Assembly: GCF_006345805.1 (NCBI RefSeq)
Contig: NC_043022.1
Location: 2,418,001-2,482,000 of the forward strand
Source: Octopus sinensis
Lineage: Eukaryota
Direction of reading: 5' to 3'
Length of the DNA: 64,000 nt
Shown: in pieces, positions 25,397-36,652 of the stretch
Layout: every line of letters starts with the position of its first letter
How positions within the stretch are numbered: position 1 is the stretch's first letter
Translations under genes and position numbers: made by a program
Notes under the pieces: generated by a model
The model's input: the letters and a program-made list of their open reading frames with translations, nothing else
Told to the model about the DNA's origin: nothing
The model's database searches: none

Positions 25397-28358
25397 TTAT
25401 TTATTTATTATACACACATGCACATGTCTCTTTCTTCTCTCTCACTTTCCATGTGGGCAAGACACCTTGATCCTCCCCATCTATTATAGTTTCCTACTCC
25501 TCCAGTCTATACCCCAGTCGGTCTAGGGGTGGTGAGGGGCCTTATCTTGCAGATCCTTGGCAGCCTCAATGGTGGCAGTGTCACATTAAAAAAAAAAATC
25601 AGTACATTTTGTAAAGGGATTAGCATTGGGAAGGGCATCCAGCTGTAGAGACCCTGCCAAAGCAGACAGAGAGCCCTTGTCTCAACTGTTCTTGTCAAAC
25701 CATGCAACCCATGACAGAAGGGATGCTTAACCCTTTAGTGTTCAGATTACTCTGTTAAATGTAATACTTTTTCACTCAAATTGTTTTGAATTAATCATGC
25801 ATTATCTCATAGCTTTGAGGTTTCAATGATGTGATTACTTATTTTTAGAATGGCATTGTAGGTTAGGTGTGAGAGGCTAGACATCGCCAGTTTGAATATA
25901 AAACATGTAGAATATATTGGGCCGGATTTGGCCAGTTTAAACACTAAAGGGTTAATGATGACGATGATGATGACAACATAACATGCGCACACCAATCCCT
26001 TTTCCCCGTTGCATTAGGGCTAATTGCTTCTGTAGTTAGCTTTGATTCCATTTCGTTAACTCTGTTATAATAATAAGAGCTTAGTAGTAATGACATAGTT
26101 GCGAGTGTTATGAAGATTATTGATTTATTGATTGCAGTCTTTGTGTGTTGAAACTGTGTCGGTTACATTGTGTTTGTCTCAGCGCCAGAGAGAAAAGGTT
26201 CAGGGCTTTTGCTGGCCTTCCTCTTTTTTTTTTTTTTTTTGTGTGTGTGGTGTGTTGTTAGGAAATAACAATCTACATCAGTGGTTCCCGACCGTTGTTG
26301 TTTAGGTTTTTTTTTGCCTCTGGACCCCATTGATTCCTATTTTTACTCTACTAGACCCTCATAACCACTCGGTGTTTTAAAAAATCCCATCATGCTTTTA
26401 TGATAGAATATTAGATACAGGCATGGCTGTGTAGTAAGAAGTTTATTTTCCCAACCCCAAGCACTACATGGCTCTGGGGTCAGTCCCACCGCATGGCTCC
26501 ATAGGCAGGGCAAGTGTCTTCTATTATAGCCTTGGCTTGACCAAAGCCTTGTGAGTGGACTTAGTAGATGGAAACTGAAAGAAGCCCATTGTGTGTGTGT
26601 GTGCCTTTGTCTGTGTTTGTCCCTCACCACTGCTTGACAACTGATGTTGGTTTGTTTATGTCCCCATAACTTAGTGGTTTGGCAAAACAGTCTGACAGGA
26701 TTACTAACAGGCTTTTAAAATAATTAGTACTGGGGTTGAATCATTTGACTAAAAAAATTTTCAAGGTGCTGCCCCAGTATGGCTACAGTCTAACGACTGG
26801 AAGATTTACTTTTACCCTTTGTTCATTTTATATTACACTCTCAAAATCCTTGGTTAGTATTTTTTTTTTTTTTCACCTCTTTATAAATCTTACTCAGAAT
26901 AGTTTTTCCGCCAGCAATCCCCTTGCCCCACCCACTTCCTCCACTGTTTCATAGAACTTCATTGGATGCTGTTTTCTCCTTAGGAATTCACCATTCTGTC
27001 ATGTTTTGGCTTATTCCTCTGCCTTTGGAATCCCTCTAAAACAAGAACATAGCTGCCATTCTTTTGTATCCGGTATTTTCCTTCCGCTCCCTTCCTGCAT
27101 ATTCATTTCATAACAGTTGTCCTTCATCCTTACTTCCTTTACATTTCATTGGTGCCCCTAACAGTTTGTTTGCAATACACAGGGGAAGGGCTACATTGGT
27201 GTACTAGTGATAATATTTACGTCCCTGCATTTGTAGAGCTCAAGCCTTGCCAATGTTAGACTCTTGGTATTCAGAGAATATCAAGGTGGCGAGCTGGCAG
27301 AAACGTTAGCACGCCGGGCGAAATGCGTAGCCGTATTTCGTCTGCCGTTACGTTCTGAGTTCAAATTACGCCGAGGTCGACTTTGCCTTTCATCCTTTTG
27401 GGGTCGATAAATTAAGTACCAGTCAAGTACTGGGGTCGATGTAATCAACTTAATCCCTTTCTCTGTCCTTGTTTGTCCCCTCTATGTTTAGCCCCTCGTG
27501 GGTAGTAAAGGAATAGGTATTTCGTCAGTCGTTACGTTCTGAGTTCGAATTCCGCCGAGGTCAACTTTGCTTTTCATCCTTTCAGGGTCGATAAATTAAG
27601 TACCAGTTATGCACTGGGGTCGATGTAATCGACTTAATCTCCTTGTCTGTCCTCTCTGTGTTTAGCCCCTTGTGGGTAGTACAGAAATAGGTATTCAGAT
27701 AATAAATATGAGACCTACATACGGATTTCTGCCCTGACAAACATAACCTTTACCAACCTCTATAAAAACCCTTTAGCATTCAGATCATTCTGTTAAATGT
27801 TTAGCTTATTTATTCACATAGCTTTCAATTAATCATGCATTATCATCATGCACCTTTGAGATCCAGAGGATGCGACTATATTCTGGATCACCGCATAAAT
27901 AATGCAGTTTTTAATAACTTCTTCTATTTTTCAAAATTAAGATAAAGTTTTTAAATCTAAAACAAACTCTCCTTCATTTTCTACAATGCTCTTCCCGCTA
28001 TCTGGTAGATTTGCAAGGCTCCTCTTCCAATATGATGAAAAATATTTCTCCAGTACTGTTCTGACCTTTTCTACATCATCAACATCGTTTAACGTCCGTT
28101 CTCCATGCTAGCATGGGTTGGACGGTTCGACCTGGGATCTGGGAAGCCACAAGGCTGCACCAGGCTCCAGTCTTATCTGGCAATGTTTCTACAGCTGGAT
28201 GCCCTTCCTAATGCCAACCACTCCGTGAGTGTAGTGGGTGCTTTTTACGTGTCACCTGCACAGGTGCCAGGCGAGGCTGGCAACTGCCACGGTCGGATTG
28301 GTGTATTTTACGTGCCACCGGCACGGAAGCCAGTCGAGGCGGCGTTGGCATCGGCCTT

Positions 28359-28716
28359 CCCATCCAAATGATTTTGAAGACTGCAGAATAAATGATAATC
28401 AGATGGGGCAATGTCCGGCAAATATTCTGGGTGGAGCATCGTTTCCCATTAAAAGTGCTCCAGTCATTGGAATGGCATCCTTGCTGTATGTGGCCAAGCA
28501 TTATCCTGATGGAAGAACACCTTTCGTCTTGAAACCAAAGATGGTCATTTTTCTTCTAGCACTGACTTGAATGACCAAGTCCAAGCTTCTCTGCTAGTTC
28601 CTCAACAGTTACAATGGGGTTTTGTTCCACCAGGGTTTGCAGGACGTCCTCGTTGAGCTCTACAGATCTTCTAAGACTAGGCTCGTCTTCTAGGCTGTCA
28701 TTTCTGGCTTGGAAGT
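28359..28716 (-). mobile_element. Internally deleted mariner transposase relic
   Basis: Minus strand gives FQARNDSLEDEPS...NEDVLQTLVEQNPIVTVEELAEKLGLGHS joined to FHQDNAWPHTAR...HPEYLPDIAPSDYHLFCSLQNHLDG (mariner HTH and DD34D-end motifs), with stops. Confidence 0.88.
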
Positions 28717-29584
28717 TTTAGAACCACCTTTTGACACTAGCTTATGCTTATTGTCCAATCCCCATTTACTGCGTTAATTTTTGGAGAATCGGAAGCACTC
28801 CGTCGGTTCCGACGACGAGGGTTCCGGTTGATCCGATCAATGAACAGCCTGCTTGTGAAATTAACGTGCAAGTGGCTGAGCACTCCACAGACACGTCTAC
28901 CCTTAACGTAGTTCTCGGGGATATTCAGCGTGACACAGAGAGTGACAAGGCTGGCCCTTTGAAATACAGGTACAACAGAAACAGGAAGTAAGAGTGAGAG
29001 AAAGTTGTGGTGAAAGAGTACAGCAGGGGTCGCCACCATCCCCTGCCGGAGCCTCGTGGAGCTTTTAGGTGTTTTCGCTCAATAAACACTCACAATGTCC
29101 GGTCTGGGAATCGAAACCGCGATCCTACAACCACGAGTCCGCTGCCCTAACCACTGGGCCATTGCGCCTCCACTTGCGTTAATATTCCTCACATGTTCCA
29201 TTGCGGTGTTGCCTTTATTGAACTCATAAAGCAAAATATATTGAATATGCCCCTTTGTCACTTCCATTATAGCTTTGAGAAAATAACTGCACTCTTCAAA
29301 ACTTGCACTAAGAATAAGTACAAGGTAACATTACTACCTGCCTATATAGCAAGTTGGTGCATGTAGTTTATCCTGCCCCCCCCTTCCGACTTTTAGTTTA
29401 TGCAGTTGAAAAACCTGCATTATTTATGGGATGACCCAATATCTTTAGAATGACATTGTAGAGTGGGCATGAGAGGCAGGATCTGATTAGTCTGAACATA
29501 AAAACAAGTAGAAGAATACTTGGGCCGGATGTGGCCAGTTTAAATGCTAAAGGGTTAATGAATATCTTTGTTAATTTTTAAGCA

Positions 29585-29966
29585 TCATCTCTCTCTATAT
29601 AAACGGCAGTTTGTCTGTCTGTGTGTCTGTCAGGTCGTACCCTCACCCTGACCACGGCTTTCAACCGATTCTGATGAAACTTGACACACACATAGCCCAA
29701 TGTCATAATTCAAAACTAATGCAGCGAAAATTTTGAAAAGTTCCCCCAGTTCTGAAAGAAATCGATAAATTCGACATGGGGTCAAGAATCAGAAACACAA
29801 ACCACAGACTGTCTAGGGGACGCAACTCGACCTTTTTAACTCTCAAAAACAAATTTGCCATCATTTTTTCCCCATTTTTTTTGCTATTTTTTGGCTATAA
29901 CTCTCTAAAAATGCTTATATAGTTATTTCCCTTACAAATCCGAGCAACGCCGGGCGATACTGCTAG
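29585..29966 (+). mobile_element. Non-autonomous Helitron
   Basis: A|TC 5' start (29585 or 29588), GC-rich subterminal hairpin ccg-a-gc-aac-gc-cgg at about 29939-29954, CTAG|T 3' end at 29963-29967, no TSD. Confidence 0.82.
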
Positions 29967-31374
29967 TTTATAGTTAATCCCATTGGATTTGGATTTGGAT
30001 TTCTGCTCATGCGACAGAAACCATTTCTTAATCACCCCCCCCCACATGTACATACATACATATTCACTCACGAGTATTAACTACACTTCAACATCAACAC
30101 CAACAGCATCAATAAGTCCTCATACAGTCACATGATAAAATAGAACTGATTTTGTTTTGGAAGTTTTCTGTACATTATTTTTGTTTCTTTGGACTTTTGT
30201 TTCTTTGCTTTTCGATTTGCTCTTTTTTTTTTGTTTTTGTTTTTCTGTTGTTTGTTGTTGTTGGAAAGTTTTAGTTATTTTCTCTGAAAATTTTATTTTT
30301 GTTTTATTTTAATTTTTTTTTATCTTTTTATTTCTACCATTTGTGGAAACTACCCTTAAGTGTTCATACTAACATGTCTCTTATTGAACTAACTAACCGT
30401 TTGTTGTTGGTGTTGTTGTTGTTGATGACGTCAGTGGTGTTGATTGTTGGTGGTTAATTAAGTTTAAGTAATCAACTGTAACTTAATTAACTTGGTTACC
30501 CAAGTCAGATAATAGCTGTCAGCTACTGGAGGGTTCTCACTGGAGGGTTCCGAACTACATCAAACAGCTACAGTGGAATTAAGGGCCTTAATTATTAACA
30601 ATGTACCACAAACCCATCTGACATGTCAACCATTTAGTGGTGAGATTTAACCCCTTAGTGTTCAAATTTATATATCAAAAGTAATCCTTTTTCATTTACA
30701 TTTAAAAAAATTAATCTGGTATTATCTTGTAGCTTCAAGATTTGAAAGATGTAATTGTTTATTTTTAGAATGACATTGCAGGGTAGGTGTGAGATACTGG
30801 TTCTGGCCAGTTTGAGCATAAAATGAGAAGAATATTCGGACCGGATATAGCCGGTTTAAACACTAAAGGGTTAAAGACTTTTTAAAATAATAAAGTACCT
30901 AAGACCTCTTCTGCTTGAAAAATAAATCATGAAAGTCGACACTAGTATACACAACGAGAAGTATCAATTAAAACCAGCATTGTAATTATTGATATTAACC
31001 TTTAGCACACTGACAGCAAATCGTGTTGCCCTACAAGTTTTCTCCCCTCTCGATACAACACAATGTGCAGCTACAGGGGAGAAGACTGGTACAGTGACAT
31101 AATTCACTTTCAGCATGCTGAAGGTTAATTAAAGCAATCATTATTTTTGTTGTTCTTTTAATTAAAACTATAGTTCTAGTTATCTTATAATTATTTAAAA
31201 TTGAAGATATGCAAGGGACACAACTGCCATAATATAAATTCACTATATATGTATGGGAGTCAAGTTTCAGCTTGGCTCGTATGAAAGACAACTGTGGGCA
31301 TGTTTCCGCATTATTTGACCTCATCAGTAAAGCATAGTCTAACTGTTACTTGAAGATTTTAAAATAAATATTAG

Positions 31375-31783
31375 GTGCAGGAGTGGCTGTGTGGTAAGTA
31401 GCTTGCCTACCAACCACATGGTTCTGGGTTCAGTCCCACTGCGTGGCATCTTGGGCAAGTGTCTTCTGCTATAGCCTCGGGCCGACCAAAGCCTTGTGAG
31501 TGGATTTGGTAGATGGAAACTGAAAGAAGCCTGTCGTATATATGTATATATATGTATGTATGTGTGTGTATATGTTTGTGTGTCTGTGTTTGTCCCCCTA
31601 GCATTGCTTGACAACCGATGCTGGTGTGTTTACGTCCCCGTAACTTAGCGGTTTAGCAAAAGAGACCGATAGAATAAGTACTAGGCTTACAAAAGAATAA
31701 GTCTCGGGGTCGATTTGCTCGACTAAAGGCGGTGCTCCAGCATGGCCGCAGTCAAATGTCTGAAACGAGTAAAAGAGTAAAGA
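31375..31783 (+). mobile_element. SINE family C with internal TA/TG microsatellite (representative copy)
   Basis: Head GGTGCAGGAGTGGCTGTGTGGTAAG...GGTTCAGTCCC, CORE-like CTTGGGCAAGTGTCTT, tail ...CAGCATGGCCGCAGTCAAATG..(GTAAAAGA)n. Copies at about 21386-21765, 43150-43585, 51254-51655 (-) and 55553-55950 (-). Confidence 0.85.
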
Positions 31784-33349
31784 GTGTGTCTGTGTATTAT
31801 ATAAGATTTTAGTGAGCGAACACTGACTGCTGGGCTGGAGGGGGTCACAACTAGTAAAGGGAGGTCTGGTTATTGTGAAGGCAGGCAGTATGTTTTCCTG
31901 ATTTATTTTCTGTGTTCAGGTTTATTTTTTCTATGTAACTCTTTCTTTTTCTTGATTTCTGTTTTAATTCATAAAATAGAATAATGAAATTTGACTGTAG
32001 CAATGTGAGTGTGTATGTGTGTTTAGTGTTGACTGTTGGGGGGCAAAAAATGTACACAATTCCAGAATAATATATTTTATTTGGGTTGAATCAGTCTAGA
32101 AGTCTTCAGGCAAGTTACAACAGATATATGTTATTATATATCATCATCATCGTTTAACATCCGTATTCCATGCTAATGGCCTAGTGGTTAGGGCAGCGGA
32201 CTCGCGGTCGCAGGATCGCGGTTTCGATTCTCAGACCGGGCGTTGGGTGTGTTTATTGAGCGAAAACACCTAAAAGCTCTACGAGGCTCCGGCAGGGGGT
32301 GGTGATCCCTGCTGTACTCTTTCACCACAATGGCGGTGCCCCAGCATGGCCACAGCTCAAGAGCTGAAACTGGAAAACATAAACATAAACAATGGGTTGG
32401 GCAGTTTGACTGAGGTCTGGAGAACCAGTGATCGAACCAGGCTCCAATCTGATCTGGCAAGGTTTCTACACCTTCCTAATGCCAACCACTCTAGGAGTGT
32501 ATTGGGTGCTTTTTGCATGCCACCAGCACAGGAGCCAGTGGTGGGGTGCACTGGTGTCAGCCACGTTTGGATGGTGCTTTTTACGTGCCACCAGCATGGG
32601 AGCCAGTCAGGCAGCCCGGCATCAATCACATTCGGATGGATATATATATATATATAAAATATATAATATATATATATACATACATACACACACACACACA
32701 CTTCTTATTAAAGCTTCAAAATTATCATAGAACCGTTACTCCGACTTTCATGTTCCCATTCATTGGATAATTATGAGAGTATTTATTGGGGACTTGAAAC
32801 TCTGAGTAACAGGTCTATGTTAATTTTGCAGCTTTAATAAAAAGTATATTACTCTAATTTTGGCATTTGAGTACTATTGTTACCACCTTGTTTTGCACTT
32901 CTGTGCTCACCTGTGTGTGTGTGTATGTACATACATACATACATATATATATATATGTGCTTGAGGAGACCTGTTGAGTCAAGTACATGAACATGAACAT
33001 CGAAATAAATATCAATGGAAATAGTAGTTGTGATACTTGTGCCGGTGGCACATAAAAAGCACCATCCGTACGTGGCCGTTGCCAGCGCCGCCTTGGCTGG
33101 CTTCCATGCCAGTGGCACGTTAAAAGCTCCAACCGATCGTGGCCGATGCCGGGCCCCCCCTGGCACCTGTGCAGGTGGCACGTAAAATGCACCCACTACA
33201 CTCACAGAGTGGTTGGCGTTAGGAAGGGCATCCAGCTGTAGAAACTCTGCCAGATCAGACTGGAGCCTGGTGCAGCCCCTGGCTTCCCAGACCCCAGTCG
33301 AACTGTCCAACCCATGCTAGCGTGGAAAACGGACGTTAAACGATGATGA

Positions 33350-33386
<37 letters not shown>

Positions 33387-34079
33387 CATATATGTGTGTG
33401 TGTACACTCATAATCTTTGAATCATAATATTTTTATTTTTACATTTATAAAACAGTAACATAAGGCTTTAGTATACTTTCTCTCAATTTCATTCCTCAAA
33501 ATCTCATATTTTGTGCTTACATAATAATAAAAAAAAAGTTACAATAATTTAAAAGAATTTTATTTATTTATTAAAAACAACACAGCAAATTTAGTGTCCC
33601 ATGGTCATGTCTCCAATAACATATACCCTACTAAGCTACAAGATACTAGATTATCACTGGATTATGTCTTGCCTCACCCTAGAAATAAGCAGTCAGGTGT
33701 GGCTGTGTGGTAAGAAATTTGCTTCCCAACTACAAGGTTCCGGGTTCAGTCCCACTGCATGGCACCTTGGGCAAGTGTTTTCTACTATAGCCTCAGGCTG
33801 ACCACAGCCCTGTGGGTGGATTTGGTGTGTCACTGTGTGTCTGTGTTTGTTTCCCCCCTCCCTCATCACTGTTTGACAACTGGTGTTGGTGTGTTTACAT
33901 CCCCATAACTTAGTGGTTCGGCAAAAGAGACCGATAGAATAAGTACTAGGCTTTTTAAAAAAAATATGTCCTGGGGGTTCGATTTCTTCAACTAAAACCC
34001 TTCAAGGCTGTGCTCCAGCATGGCCACAGTCAAATGGCTGGAACAAGTAAAAGAATGAAAGAACCTTTTGTGGCACCAC

Positions 34080-34125
<46 letters not shown>

Positions 34126-34332
34126 CGTTATTTTAATTATTGTTTTAATTATTTTAATTTATTTTCATTTCCAAAAGTATAAATTACTGAAAGCAGTCTA
34201 TGGCTATTGGGTTTAATCTTGAGTGGAGGAAGATGGTTTAGCTGAAGAACCACGTTTGTTTAACGATGATACAGTCCGTTCGTTGTATAATTAGCTGACG
34301 ATATTAATAATGCTGTTTTCTTTGTTTTGCAG

Positions 34333-34420
34333 TCGGGTTAGTTCGAGAAGCAGCATAGGGGGCTACGCCCGCAGTGAAGCTGAATTGGAACAAATCATGG
34401 ATGGACTTCATGAGCAAGAA
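34333..34420 (+). CDS. NCOR1: NCoR/SMRT corepressor, first exon visible in window (RVSSRSSIGGYARSEAELEQIMDGLHEQE)
   Basis: ttgcAG acceptor, GTAAGT donor at 34421, 88 nt (1+87). Peptide matches the human NCOR1 segment RVGQRGAGLSATIARSEHEISEIIDGLSEQE (recalled). Confidence 0.93.
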
Positions 34421-34439
34421 GTAAGTAATAGCAACATTA

Positions 34440-34930
34440 TCATCATCATCATCATCATCGTTTAGTGTCCGCTTTCCATGCTTGCATGGGTTGGACGGTT
34501 CAACCCGGGGTCTGGGAAGCCAGAAGGCTGCACCAGGCCCAGTCTGATCTGGCAGTGTTTCTACAGCTGGATGCCCTTCCTAACGCCAACCAGTCCGTGA
34601 GTGTAGTGGGTGCTTTTTACGTGCCACCGGCACAGGTGCCAAACGAGTCTGGCAAACGGCCACGATCGGATGGTGCTTTTTATGTGCCACCGGCACGGGG
34701 GCCAGGCAAGGCTGGCAACGGCCACCAACAGATGGTGCTTTTTACGTGCCGCCGGCACGAGGCCAGTCGGGGCGGCGCTGGCAACGGCCACGAACGGATG
34801 GTGCTTTTTACGTGCCACCGGCACGAGGCCAGTCGGGGGGGGGGGGGGGCTGGCAACGGCCACGTTCGGATGGTTCTCTTACGTGCCATCGGCACTGGTA
34901 ACTCAGCTGCAATTCCCATTGATCGATTTC
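34440..34930 (-). mobile_element. (GAT)n-tailed retroposon family D with variable internal subrepeats (representative copy)
   Basis: Sense 3' end ...CCAACCCATGCxAGCATGGAAAGCGGAC...AAACGATGATGATG and conserved GGCGTTAGGAAGGGCATCCAGCTGTAGAAAC. Copies at about 1879, 2860, 3423, 28078, 32960, 44870 and 58440. Confidence 0.82.
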
Positions 34931-35344
34931 GATTCTGATTATCTTTTTATTAATTATTCAGCAAAAAGACACTGATACAATAAGTACTAGGCTTACAAGG
35001 TATAAGTCCAGGGGGTGGGGCGATTTGATCAACTAAAGGTGGTGCTCCAGCATGACCACAGTCAAATGACTGAAGCATGTAAAAGAATAAAGGCGTAAGT
35101 GACCAAGAAGCAGTTGGATGAATTTTTATTTAGCAAGAAGAAAATTCTTAATATCTCGACAAATTGTTTTGTAGCTTAAATTCTGCATTATTTTGAAAAG
35201 ATTTTTTGCATTTTGCATTAATGCAGACTTGTAATTTATTTATTATTAATATAATAATATAAATTACTTACATGCTTTTAAGTTATGAAACAATGTGTCA
35301 TGATATAAGAATGTTTTTGTTGTTAAATAAAATTTCAGTAAATT

Positions 35345-35714
35345 ATGTATCATTTATGACTGGTGGTGACCCCCTTCGGTCAGACACTGACCATGGGTTT
35401 GCACCTAGAGAGTTACCCTCTGAGGCACAAGTCTGGGCATGGTTGTTTTATGGAAGACCAGTAGTCGCCCATGCATACCGGCCTCCCCTCTACACGTCAC
35501 CGATGTTGCCCAAGGGAAAGGCAAAGGGGCCGATACAGCTTGGCACCTGCGACGTCACAACTCATTTCTACAGCTGAGTGAACTGGAGCAACGTGAAATA
35601 AAGTGTCTTGCTCAAGAACACCACAACACACAGAACACAACACGCAGCCCGGTCCAGGATTCGAGCTCACAACCTCACGATCGTAAGCTCGACGCTCTAA
35701 CCACTGAGCCACGC
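35345..35714 (-). mobile_element. tRNA-derived SINE family E
   Basis: Minus-strand head GCGTGGCTCAGTGGTTAGAGCGTCG...CTCGAATCC and CORE-like CTTGAGCAAGACACTTTATTTCACGTTGCTCCAG. A 3'-truncated + copy lies at about 57800-57990. Confidence 0.8.
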
Positions 35715-36388
35715 TATGACTATATATATATACACACACACGCACACACACACAATCATCATCATTATTTAACGTCCATCTTCCATGCATGCGTGGGTAG
35801 GACGGTTGGCAGAAGTTGACCAGGTAGAAAAACTACCCTAGACTACTGTGTCTATATATATGTATATCATCATCATCATGTATATATATATGTGCACACA
35901 CACATACATTCATATGATGGGTTTCTTTCAGTTTTTGTCTACAAAATCCACGCACAAGGCTTCGGTCAGTCTGAGGCTGTAGTAGAAGACACTTGCCCGA
36001 GGTGTCACACAGTGAGACTGAACCCAGAACCATGTGGCTGCCAAGCAAACTTCTTACCATGCTTGTGCCATTGTGTGATAATTTTCATTATCCCCTAAAT
36101 TCCAAGAAACCCGACTGAATTATTGACTTGAAAAATGCCATTGGGAACCCCACTGCAGCCCAGAAGGTGCTAACACGTAACCATTGTCATCAGGAATAGA
36201 TAATTATGCTACTGGTCCCATAACCGTGATTGACATATTGATAAAGCTAATTGTATTGAACTAGGATCAGAATATATTGTTCTGCTCAACCATATTTACA
36301 CTTGGTTCACTCCAGCTACTTATTATCACTGAGTCTGCTAAGCGGTGAAAATTAAATTTAGCTTGAACCATTTACAACAGCGTTTCTT

Positions 36389-36652
36389 GCACATTCAACA
36401 TCCTTCTGGGCCACCACCAGTCTTCCCTTTATAAATATAATGGACTTTTCCGTAATTGACTTGGGTTTCATTTTTTGGGGTGTGCCCCGCTAAAGCAATC
36501 CACGTTTTAGATCTGGCCTCGCACACTCAACATCCTTCTGGGCCACCACCAGTCTTCCCTTTATAAATGTAATGGACTTTTCCGTAATTGACTTGGGTTT
36601 CACTTTTTTGGGGTGTGCCCCGCTAAAGCAATCCACGTTTTAGATCTGGCCT
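36389..36652. repeat. Tandem duplication, 2 x about 132 bp
   Basis: 36389-36520 and 36521-36652 differ at only a few positions. Confidence 0.92.

Noticed and set aside
35440-35545. HDV-like ribozyme on the + strand
   Set aside because: A P2/J4-2-like part (GGCCTC...GGCAAA-GGGGCC) is present, but I could not form P1 or P3.
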